In this document: piece after piece, positions 27,180 to 38,462 of the stretch
How positions within the stretch are numbered: the stretch's first letter is position 1
Layout: each line of letters begins with the position of its first letter
NCBI GenBank assembly: GCA_050084985.1
Contig: JBITNC010000001.1
Span: 204,662,001 to 204,726,000 of the forward strand
DNA length: 64,000 bases
DNA from: Nageia nagi
Lineage: Eukaryota; Plantae; Pinophyta
Direction: 5' to 3'
Notes under the pieces: generated by a model
Told to the model about the DNA's origin: nothing
The model's input: the letters and a program-made list of their open reading frames with translations, nothing else
The model's database searches: none
Program-made: the position numbers and the translations under genes

Positions 27180-28900
27180 TCTTGGAAATTTCGAAAAAAC
27201 TTGAGTTTTGACCCCCGAAAAGTTAGGGGGAGTTTTACAAGTTTTCCCTCAATCAAATTTCAAAAAATGGTCTATTCTCTTCAAAACCTGCGCCTACCTT
27301 TTAGGAGGCCCAGATTGATCCGAAATGGCCATTTTTGAGCTCAAGAGTGCAGAGATCATGATTCTACATCAAATTGGTTTTTCAAGTTCGCGATTTCGAT
27401 GAGTTTTGCTCCACCGAAAGTGAGAAAAATAGGAAAATGAGTAAAAGGACAGCCAATAGGAATGCTCCAAAATTTTGAATATTTCAAAATTGCAAAAACG
27501 AAAATCCAAAGATGAGGTAGGGTGGCAAATCAAAAATTAAGCACTTTTCCTCTTGGAATTTTCGAAATTGGGCAAATTTTGACTCTCCTAGAGCTAAGCG
27601 CTGATTTTGGGTGTTTTCCCTCATTTTTCAAATTTTTCAAAACACCCAAAATGTCTCAAAACCTGCACCTACCCTTCTTGTGCCCCAAAAGTTAAAAAAA
27701 TTGGAAATTTTGACCTTCAAGGGGTATAGGATGGGATTCCACATAAGATTGATGATTTGAGTTCTTCAAAAAAATGAGATCTAGCTCCTCAAATCATCAT
27801 AATGTGATTGGCCAATGGGAGAGCTCCAAAATATTTCTAAATTTTTCAAAGTTGGCCAAATAAAAAAATAAAAGTGAGGTAGGGTAGCAAATTTGAAGAA
27901 GACCAATATTGCCTCTTATAAATTTGCAAAAAAAACAATTTTTGCCCCTCGTTTTCCTAGGCAGCAGTTTTGGCATGTTTTCCATATTTTCCAAATTCCA
28001 AAAAAACATGCCAAGACTCTCAAAACTAGCGCCTAGCCTCGAAGCCTCCTTTTTGCTCAAAAATCAAAAAAAATGATCTGAGAAGCATGGGAAATCCAAT
28101 TTTGCATCTTTTTCAAGTTTCGAGTTTTTTTTAAAAAGCGGATCTACTCACCCAAAATGACAAAATTTGGATCAGCCAATGGGAAAGCTCCAAAATTTTC
28201 CAAATTTTTCAAAAAAATCTCAAAATCAAAATTGGAAAGAAAGGTAGGATGCAAAATTCCAAGGAGATCAACATTGCCTCTTGCAATGTTGCAAAAAAAA
28301 ACAAATTTACCTCCTCAAAAAGCTAGGTGGCAGTTTTGGCATGATTCCCCCATTTTCAAATTCTTCCAAACCATGCCAAATGTCCTAAAACCTGTGCCTA
28401 GCTTGCAAGCCCTCATTTTTGCTCAAAAATCAAAATTTTTGATCCTAGGAGCATGGGAAATCCAATTTTGCATCTCTTTCATGTTTCAAGTTTTTGGAAA
28501 AAAGTTGATCTACTCCCTCAAAATCCAAAAATTTGGATCAGCCAATGGGAGAGCTCCAAAATTTTCCAAAAATTTCAAAAATCCCAAAAAAACAAAATTG
28601 GAAAGAAAAGTAGAGTTCAAAATCCAAATGCAAGCATCTTTGCCTTTGCAAATTTGCTCAAAAACCAATTTTTGCCTCCCTAAAAGGTAGGCGCTGGTTT
28701 TGCAAGTTATACCCCATTTTGTTTTTTTTCCAAAACCTGCCTAAACATCCTAAAACCTGCGCCTAGCCTCCTTGGTCCCTAAAAGTGCCCAAAATTGATA
28801 TTTTTCACTTCTATGAGGTAGGTGGTGTGATTCTACACCATTTTGACCTAACATTTGTGCAATTTGGCTCACACAAATTCCCAAAAACCACTTTTTTGCA
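27180..28900. repeat. Tandem array of about 365-bp units (4.5-5 copies)
   Basis: AAAACCTGCGCCTA-like marker at about 27284, 27658, 28022, 28387 and 28752. GCCAAT(G/A)GGA marker at about 27450, 27812, 28173 and 28538. Confidence 0.85.
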
Positions 28901-29174
28901 TTCAAAAAGGATCTAAAGGCTGAGAAAACTCAAAAAATTTGGATTTCCTTCAAAAATCTCAAAATTCAAAATCCAAATCTGAAGCATGGAGGTTGTAGAG
29001 CATTCCAAGGCCATCATCTTTCCTTCCAAGACCCCCCATGTTGCTCCAAAACTGCCCCTTCCACACTTAGGCGCAGGTTCTGGGTTGTTTTCCCATTTTC
29101 CTCCACTTTTCCAACGTTGGGCATGAAAGGGAATGGTCTAAATTGCAAGTTTTTCACTTAGGGTTGATATGGAA

Positions 29175-29213
29175 GTGACATGTGACACTTTTGAACCCCT
29201 TGAGTCTATAAAT
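29175..29213 (+). promoter_or_regulatory. Putative core promoter of ORF-X copy 1
   Basis: GTGACATGT...AACCCCTTGAGTCTATAAATA, similar to GTGACACGT...AACCTTAGAGACTATAAATA in unit 2. Confidence 0.45.
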
Positions 29214-30074
29214 ATGACCATACCCCCTCTTTTTGGCTCACCTCTCATTTTTGCACCCTTATGCTGCCCAGATTTTTGAGAATTTGAGAGCCAAGTGAGA
29301 AAAGAAGCCATTTTTTCAGCCTTGGAAGATTTTTCAAACACTTAGCATCTTAGCCACTCACCCAAACTCCATTGAAATTCGAAATCCAAGCATCCTCCAT
29401 CCACATGAGCTCTTTTTTTTCCAAGTTTTAAGGATTTTTTCACAAAAACCCATTTTTCAAACCCTCAAACACTTGAAAATTTATTTTTTCAGATTTCAAG
29501 TTTGATCACTTTTTTAGATACGCTTTATCCATATGATCAACTTTTATTTTCAGCTAAAAAACACAAAAAATTCATAAGATCCAAGATCGGAGTACTCAAA
29601 ATCCTTATTTCTTGAAAAAAAAAATTAAATCCAAATTTTTTCAGAAAACTCCAAAAATTGTTTCTGAAGTCTATTTTGGCCATTTCAAAGTCTAAAACAC
29701 CTTCCCCATTCATTTTCCATCCATCTAAGGTGTCAAAACTTGATTCCAACACCATTTGCCAATTTTGCCAAATTTCACCACTTTTTCCTGTTGAAAAAGT
29801 AAACTTTTTCGAGAAAAAATTGAAAATTCTCCAATCATCCTAATTTTTTTACCAAGGCATTCCCCTTTGAGGCTGTTACCTTTGTGTAATCTCAAACTCA
29901 CCTAGAAAGCCTTGAAAATTGCAAATTACGACACTTTTCGATGATGGCACACTTAGAGTGAAAAACACCAAAAAAAATCCAAGTTCTTTAGAAACCCCTC
30001 TTTGCTTGCCTAGAAAGTGCCACAAGCTTCCCAGGACTCTTTTAACTCTTGTTGTTCTCTTAGACAGGGATATA

Positions 30075-32110
30075 ATGGTGTTAGTCGCTCAAAACATCAA
30101 AGATCGGAAGCAGAGAAGGCTCACAATGGACAGTCTCATCACGCTCGAACACACAACAAAGCCAGTAATGCCTGCCGCAAGAATCATAGACCAACTGAGT
30201 GAGATCGGGGACACAAATTATAACTCCCTCAATCCAATAAAAACTCTAATGAAAATCCAAGCATTGGATCCAGCTTCGCTAGCAAAGGACACTTTGAAAA
30301 CCTCCTTACTAGTAACAGATTCTATGGTGCCATTCGCCACCCCCTTCCTTGAGCTATGTTATGAGCTAGGAAAGCATTGTGACATCAGAAATTGGAGACT
30401 CCTCGATAGAAGGAATGAAGTAATCATGGACTTCTCTAAGGAATGAATAGAAAGCGCTTTAGCTTGGAAAAATGAAGGCCTATCATACAACATATAGGAC
30501 TCCTTAAGGTTCTCCAAAAGTTTGAAGCCCCCAGCTGATTTGGTCAGAGATTGGTTGGCTGACGACTGTAAGCACCTCATATCAATGCTTTCCAGAGTGA
30601 CTGGATAGAAAGACGACACAAAATTCGTAGGGTTTATAGAGTTGATTAGCACTGGTAGAGGCATAAGGTGGAGTAGAGTAATTAGTGATTTCTTGGCTCA
30701 ACAACTGAAAAATATCCAGAAGAGTAGGAAATTTTATATGAACTCCTACCTGGTTTACCTATTCCTTCACGGTAGGGAGAGGGTGACCTCAGTCGCCAAT
30801 ACCCAATATCTTTATGACCCCACACATCCATTGTGGAAAACTAACCACGGTTCTTTGTTCATAACAAGTGGAACGAGGGAAACTGGAAGATGATGACCAA
30901 CGATTTTGAAGGGAAAATTTACGAAGAGATCATGGGCAGAGCAAATGTACTCAGAATATCCAATAAGGCTGCTCCCACTATCAAGGGACATGCGGACTTC
31001 TTTGTAGAAAACATAGAGTTCACCTAACTCAGGGTCTATGGCTCCAAAGAAGCCCCTTACAAGCTACTCTGTTACGCAAGTGACCGCATCATCCTTATGG
31101 AATTTTCAAGACACTTGCTAAACGTACACAACAAAGTATGGGTAAAGAAGGCGGCGACCACTTACCAATTACCTATTGTCATCGGGAATTATGAATGCAC
31201 CACCTGGCGACAGATTGAAATGATCAAACAAGAACTAGCATTGTATGAATTCTCGACAGAAGTAGCTACGGATCACTATGATCCCGATGGAGTGATTGAT
31301 GCATTTTTCAAGAAGACTTGGAGTTCGTCATATCCACATCAGTCCCTTGGTAGCATTGAGAGATACGGGAACATTCAGGATGCCCTGTAGGTTCAACAGA
31401 TTCACAAGGAGCTGAAAAAAGAACAAAAACAACGTGAAGCCGAAGAAGCTGCTAGGATAAAAGCCAATGCACAAGTCATCGTACCCCCGAGCCATGGGTA
31501 TGTTATTCCAATAATATCCCCTTCAGTAACCCTGGCTCAAGGACAGAACAGGCAATATGCTACCAATAGCATCCCCGGACAAACCATTGAAACAACAGTC
31601 ACGGGTACGAGGAATGAAATTTTGGACCTCAAAAGAGCAGGCCTGATCTGTCAACCATTCAAACACTTGCAAAAAAAGATAAACCTCCCACAAGGATTGA
31701 ATCGGAGTGGTATGAGCCTAAATAAAAACCCTAGCACATCATCATCCAGTTCCGACAAATATGGACCGAGCGACTCATCGAAGACCGATGAAGAGATGGA
31801 TTTTGCTGCAGTCATCAACACCGACATGGAGATAAACCAAGATATTGCCTTTGAGCAGGCCGACACTGATCATTCAGTAGAAATCCTCAATGAGGGAAAT
31901 CCCTCAATCGATATGATTGTACAACAAGTAGCAGGAGCAAGTACCTCAAAATCCGCTCCTCGGAAATAAGCATCGTAAATGCCACCATCTCGAAGGACTA
32001 CGACAACATCAACTCAGAAGGGTACTTCAAGACCCAAGATGATGGCATCATCTTCAAGGGGAGATGATGGAAATCAAGAGGATGAGGGAGAAAATGAGGA
32101 ACAAGGGGGA
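30075..32110 (+). pseudogene. ORF-X copy 1: uncharacterised TE-borne protein, decayed
   Basis: Pieces 29919-30446, 30642-30893, 31097-31390 and 31622-31969 align colinearly with ORF-X copy 2 (VIMDFS, WSRVISD, FYMNSYLVYL, RVYGS, SDR.ILMEF, YDP.GVI). Confidence 0.75.
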
Positions 32111-32111
32111 A

Positions 32112-32349
32112 TGTTAGACACATAATCCTTAGGGATTATGGTATCTATAATATAGTAGTATTTATTTACTATATTTAGTAAATTCAGCTATAGGAATTTA
32201 CTTGCTTTTTAGGTGTAATAACGAAGTGCATATGAAGAGTCCATGTGTAATCCAAAGGTCACCTATGGAGGTGAATATGTAAAGTCATATTGTGATGTAT
32301 TTATTCTCATATCAAAGCTAATACAATGCCTTTTTATTGTGGAGTTACA
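32112..32349 (+). repeat. Short orphan LTR-like sequence (238 bp)
   Basis: TGTTAG...GTTACA termini, preceded by PPT-like AAGGGGGAA, with an internal TATA-like site. No TSD and no partner LTR. Confidence 0.5.
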
Positions 32350-34800
32350 CTTGGCCTTGCATCATTGAGATTGTTCTTGAAATATCGGTGGGACATCCAC
32401 ATGAATTCAAACTCGAAGGGAGTCCTTCTCATTTGCTGCATTTCAATTCTTAATTTAATCGGCCTATGACTAGAAGCAAATCTTAGGTAGAGATGATAGG
32501 ACTGAGTTTTGGTGTTCCTCTACCCAATTTACTGAAACAACCATTCTATCCAGACTTCTTTGGATGAAATTCTTACCCCATCTACAATTTGACCATGTGA
32601 ATCTATTTCCTTTCAAAGGGATATCTATAAGCTTTGACTCATTTAAGAAATCTCTCAAGTCCAGCATAACCCTAGTTATTGTTGTTTATCCTCCAAGTTT
32701 AAAGGAGTGTTGAAGTCTCCTCTAACTAGCCAAGGTTCAGATATAAATCCCATTCTATGGGCTTTTACAAAGTCCTAAAAATTTCTCTCCTTTAAATTGT
32801 TTGGTGCATAAATATTTGACATAACAAAGGAAACATTATCTTGGATATCGTTTACTCTCACTATGATACATCTTGGGGAAGGATAGTGGATTCTTTGAAC
32901 ATCAACATTATGGGGGTTCCACAAAATGAGAAGCCCTCCTGACTTTCCTAATGCATTACTGAATTCCATTCTTGAGTTTCTCCATATTCTTTTATTTATT
33001 TTTTCCTTGACAGTATCCTTAATTTTTTATTCCTGTATCATAACAATGTCTGGTTTATGTTTCCTCCATTAGTTCCTCACAACTTTTTGTTTGTCGGGGA
33101 AGTTGCAACCCCTTATAGTCCATGATAAATTGATCATTTATTCCTCCTAGCAGCTTTCCCGTCTCCACTTTGCTCTGTAGTGTTTGATCTCTTTTTCTTT
33201 CCAATGTTTTCTCCTTTCCCTTTCCTTCTCACCTTCAAGCTTTTTCTTGTATTTTGTATTAGTTTGGAGTCAGGTATATCATTTTCTGTCATAATTATTT
33301 TGCATCTTCTTTCTTCTTCTTATCGATCTTCTTTCCACTTTGATGGATTCATTAGATTCCCTATCTTTTGATTCTATCTCATTTTCATTCTTTGTTTCTT
33401 CCTCATCTTCTTCCATTTGTTGCATTCTTACTGAGAGGCTATTAGAAATATCATTCAATTGTCTCTCTCTTACTTGTGAGATAGTCTCAACTTCCCCCTC
33501 CCAAAATTAATTCTTGTTGCTACCTCGCTATAAGTGGGTGTAGATACCTTTTTGGCAAATTTTGGAGTATGCACCGTTGTTTTACTAGGTGTGGTTTCTT
33601 TCCTCACCTCCATCTTTGTTTGAAGAGTTGTCACTTCTGAGGATTGACGTAATGGTTTGCTTGCATTTTGGATCAGTTGAGTTCCTTCTATTCTTTGAAC
33701 ACTTGTTTCTTTTTCCTTCTCCTTCCAATACTATTCCATAGTTTCAAAGGTCTTACCCATTTGTTGTCATTTGGAGTTTTGTCCATTTTCAGATCTTTTC
33801 ATCATGCAAACCTTTGTTTCATGGTATTCTTTGTTACATATACTATATCGTTTGTTCCTATTTTGTGTTAGAGGACATTGTGAAGCTATATGGCCAATCT
33901 CATGGCACCATCTGCAATGAAAGAGGACTCTCTCATAGTCCAAGGATTGCATCCATGCCCCCAATTTAGTGTTAATCTTGATCTTCCTTGCGAGGGGTTC
34001 CTAGATATTAAGGTTCACACAAATTCTTGTTGTCATGGCATTCTCCCTTCTGAAGAAGTTTTCATCGATCTTTACATATTCTCCGATAGCATCACCAATG
34101 ACTCTAATCACTTTCTCGATCCAGAGGTGTTGTGGTAGATAGTAAAGACGCACCACACTAGCACCGTCGTGATGTTCTCAATCCATGGGTTGAAACCCTC
34201 ATGCCATCTTTTAACAAAAAGACCATAATTTCCCAAAAAACAATGGTCGTTATCCAACACAAAAGAAACATCCTCTAGTTCTAAAAAGTAAGCTGCAAAG
34301 AAACCCTTAGGGAGGATAGTAAAGCTTACCTGGCCTTTTAGTTCCCCTTTGTCCTGGGCCCATGTTTTGAGGGTTGAAATGCCTGGCCAATGGCCAGTAA
34401 ATTTCCCCACAAGGCACAATTGTAGTTCTTCAAGGGTCTCCTCAATCAACTCATCATCAATATTGATTTCTGGAGTTGTTTCTTTCAGTTTGCACAAGGT
34501 GCCACTTCCTCCTTTGTCCGCTCTACCCTATCCCACAAAACGTTGATTTCCAAGACTGTTCTTGTTCCCTATTCCCTACACCTAGCTAAACGTTTTGCCA
34601 CCCTTTTCCCATTCGCTTTGTCCACCTACCACTCCCAAATCCGTCCCAAAACCAACCCCCTTTTCAGAATATCTGCTACTCGATCCTCCTTGCCTATCTC
34701 CCCCGTTGTCCTCCCTTCATCCCATTTGGTCCTCCAACTTGCCTCCTGTTCCGCTGCCTGCACCTTTCCCTCCATTTGCCATTTTCAAAAATCTTTGCTT
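32350..34800 (-). mobile_element. L1-clade LINE with 5' portion retained (ORF1 plus endonuclease of ORF2), RT missing
   Basis: ORF1 DUF4283-like LCLVGKFTG...VKRWHEGFNP and knuckle CRWCHEIGHIASQC. Endonuclease motifs GKSGGLLILWN, NIYAPN, GDFN, FTWSN, LDR and PFEFEFMW. Confidence 0.88.
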
Positions 34801-35002
34801 TTAACAAAGGAATATAGAAATGGAACAAGAACTTTCCAAAACAAAAGTTTGATGGAAGATACAAAATCAAAAAGGCAAAATTTTACCACAAAAAGGCCCT
34901 CATAATTCTATTAAAAATATTGTCACAAATTTCGAGATGGTGAAAAGAGAAAGGTAGCAAACCAATATTAAAAGCATAATTGAATTAACAAGTTGACCTC
35001 TT

Positions 35003-35963
35003 TGTCATGTGCCTTTTTTCAAGCTATGCCTTTTGACTTTGGCAATGACCTAAGGGGTCCACTTAGAGCTTGATGTCAACCCTTAGGGGACATCCAAGCA
35101 CATGATAAATGTAATTTAGAGGTGAATTTGGTAGATAGGAGCTTTTATTGATAGTTTCGCATGTATTTAGGCATCTTTGTAACCAAGCGAAGGGAATTTG
35201 TGGGTCCTAGAGACCAATTTGTAAGCCCAATGTGGGATGTCTCACTCCTTGGATAGATAATAGGTTTTTAGTAATGTTATGATTGATTGTTGAGATCCCG
35301 AGATTGATTATGTACATCCCAAGACAAATCCAGGCATTAGAACATTGGTGCCAAGCACTTGATGACTTCTAGGTGAGATCTAGAAATCAAGGTAAGGCAT
35401 CTAGCTAGTTATAGACCCAGTGCAAGGTTGAGAGAGAGCTTATGATGATTTCTAATATTTGTCTTTGACATTTGGGAGTTGGTGTGAGCTATCTCTTGGG
35501 CCTCTTGTTGGACAAAAACCTAGCAAGAGAAGAATCTAGTGGGATGCAACCCCTACCAGATTTAGAAGCATTACTTCTATCGACTCGTGGAGCACCAAGT
35601 GTTAGGAAAAGCACTTTGGTGGAGCACCTAGCTTGTCTGAGGAAGTAGAGCTTCAGTTATTCATTTCTAGATCTGGGTGAGAGACCCTAGTGCAAGATGT
35701 TAGCCTTCTGAGAGCATTTTTGTTGTTTGATCTACCCTCCATAGCTAGACTTCAACCCTATTGGGCCATATATGCATTGTACTTGCTCCATTTGATGATA
35801 TATTGATACGTAGGCTTTTGGATCTCATATTTTGTGTGGTGTTTGAGCATCATTATGTGACATTGGCATTTTTGCATTATTTTTGAGCCTAGAAGTTGCC
35901 CTAGTTAGTTTGTTGCATTTTTGGCTTAATAATTTCGGCATACAAATATTTTGGTTCATCATA
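35003..35963 (+). repeat. Chromovirus 5' LTR
   Basis: Direct repeat of 47322-48282; 10 differences in the first 120 bp, mostly transitions. Confidence 0.95.
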
Positions 35964-36282
35964 GTGGTATCAAAGCCTGATTTTGCCAACCTATGGAAAT
36001 GGAAAAGAAAGAATCCTTCAGATCTGCATCAAAATTGAAAAAGATGGACACAACTGTAGACATGATGTCAAATTGCTTGAAACAAGCAAGAGGAGATAAG
36101 GGAAAGCAAGGATGAAGATCTGCAACATAAGGGCATCACACAAGGTAGAGAAGGTGGAGAAAGGACAAATCTAGAAGCTCCAACGTGTCCATCAGCCACT
36201 TTCCCACCACCACCTCCTTGGCCACACTTGAGCCAAATTTATAACCCTAGCCCTCATGGATACGTCCGACTCTTAAAGGAAA

Positions 36283-36555
36283 ATGAAGTGTCATGGAGAG
36301 ATGAAGAGTTCGAGTCTAGAGAGGGTTCCACACTTTGATCGTGAAGGGAAGATCTCTCCTAGGGCATGGTTGCAAAGGCTACAAGCATTTACCGCCCTCA
36401 ACCGCCTATCAGCGGCAGATTCAATGCAAATGGCCATCTTATATCTAGATGGAGTGGCGCAAGCATGATGGCACCATGGGGAAGAGACCGAGGATCATAG
36501 TTTCATTTGCTCATTGGAAGAGTTTGGCCAACAAATCCTAGATCACTTTGATATC
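36283..36555 (+). pseudogene. gag: Chromovirus gag, N-terminal part up to the nested insertion
   Basis: RVPHFDREGKISPRAWLQRL...YLDGVAQA*WHHG...QILDHFDI; the reading continues at 44033 as KDEEEYFLDLVSLKQQGSL. Confidence 0.85.
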
Positions 36556-38462
36556 TATTGTGCCTGCACAACACCCCCCAAAATTCTACATTTTGAGGAC
36601 CCTCGTAAAATCAAACACAAATGCATCGAAGAAATTTTTTCTAAGGGAATGCATGAATCATAGTCCAGTTAGAGGAAACATGTTAAAATTTGCACGTCCA
36701 TGATCAAATCCAGTCAAGAAAATGGCATTTTTCCTTAGGCGCATGTTTTGAGGGACATGCTTTTGCAAGTCCCCTAAAACGTGCGCCATCCTTCATTCTG
36801 CATTTTTAGTGTTCAAACTTGCATTTTTGGCCATTCAAGTTGCATTTTCAGGTCCATCATGCAGCAAAATTCATCCCCCTTCATTTGCATTTGCATTCGG
36901 GAATCATTCTGGTCAAGTTATCAAAGAAAAATCATGTTTTTCCCCAAAGTTGCATGTTGGTGCAACCAAGGAGGTGGACGTCACATACTTAGAATTTTTT
37001 TGAAGTCATTCAGCTTGCAAGGAAAAAGAGCAAGGTGCATGTTTTGAGGGACACGCTTTTGCATGTCCCCTAACAGTGTGCCCAAGGAAATAAGGCTCTA
37101 TACTTAGTCATTTTTTTAGCAAAGTTCCAAAACAACCTAGGTGCATGTTTTGAAGGACTTGCTTTTGCATGTCCCCTATATTGTGCACCCAACTTCAAGG
37201 AGTCAAATTTGGCTAATGTTGAGCTCCGACATTGACAAGTGTGACTACATGCATTTGACCCCAACTTGTACCAATCACAAGGTGACACCTATCCATCCCA
37301 GAGAAGGCTATAAAAGGAAGGTCAACCTCAGTTAATTAGTTTGGAAAGCTAAGTCTGGAAGCCTACGTGGAGTGAAGGAATGAAAGCACATCCCCTAAAA
37401 TGTGTGCCCTATTCCAGATTGCAATTTTTCAAGTCAATTTCATTTTTTTAAAGGTTTCCTACAATGGGAGGCATGCCATAGGCCCAAGTGCACCATTTTT
37501 GGTACATGCTTGGGCACCCACTCCAATTGGTGAGCCCGATCCCAAACGCCTTGGCCTAAGGGTAAAATTGACTAAGTGTGGAATTTAACTTAAGGAGGGC
37601 CAAACGCATGCTTTCAGGTGCATGCTTTTGCACCCATCTCAAAGGGTGCGACCAAGAAACAAAGCTTTCAAGTGGTATGAAAATTGACTAAGTCTTTTGT
37701 CCTTGGGCACATACATTCCAATACATGCTTTTCCACACCTCTCAAACTATGCGCCCTTCATTCCAGCCCCATCATTTGACCTCAATTTCAACCAAACAGA
37801 GGGTGACACGTTGCAACCTTAGAGACTATAAATACTAAGTCACCCCTTAGTCATTTTCATTACTTCATTTCAGATTAGCACCAAGATCCCTAGTCGCACC
37901 ATTCCAGGGACATGTTTGAGCACTCATCCAAATTGATGCACCAAGGAGAAAGGAGTTAAAGGCTTTCTTGTACAACCAATTAGCCATTTTTGGCTAAGGC
38001 ATTTCATTTCGAACCCAAGGAGCTGAGGCGCATACTTTGCAATATATGCTTTTCCACTCACCTGAATCCATGCACCTAGGTGTGAAGTGATGAATTGTGC
38101 CCTAAAATTGACTAAGTGACCAAGATTCCCAGTCACATGTTTTCTAGGCAATGAAAAAGCACCCATCTCAAACCATGCGCCTTGCGGTTAGGAGCTAAAA
38201 TTGACTAAGTGTGAGATGCCAAGAGTTGAGAAGTGAAGAAAACAAGTGGCAAACATACATTTTGCCATGCATACACTCCATGCATCAACTATAAAAGAGG
38301 GCAGCCTTGATTCATTTTTGTTGGATGTTCTGTAACCCAAACCTACACGTTTGGCCTCTTTTGCTACATCCTTTAGGGTATTCAGATTGATACTTAGTCA
38401 GTTTTTGAGGCATTTCCATCCATTTTCAGTCCTTTTCCTCCTCATTTTTTCAGGATTCAAAC

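Larger units (their letters stand above)
26225..32111 (+). mobile_element. Giant LTR-like unit 1 (3'-truncated) carrying ORF-X
   Basis: Starts TGTTCTACCCGCACAACACACCCCAAGATGCAGCATTTTGGGGACCC, the same terminus as at 36556, 55439 and 63652. Followed by a repeat array, a TATA box at 29207 and an ORF homologous to the one at 38463-42020. Confidence 0.7.

Noticed and set aside
28157-28690. 177-aa K/F-rich ORF
   Set aside because: It is a chance reading through the 365-bp tandem repeat, and the peptide itself repeats.
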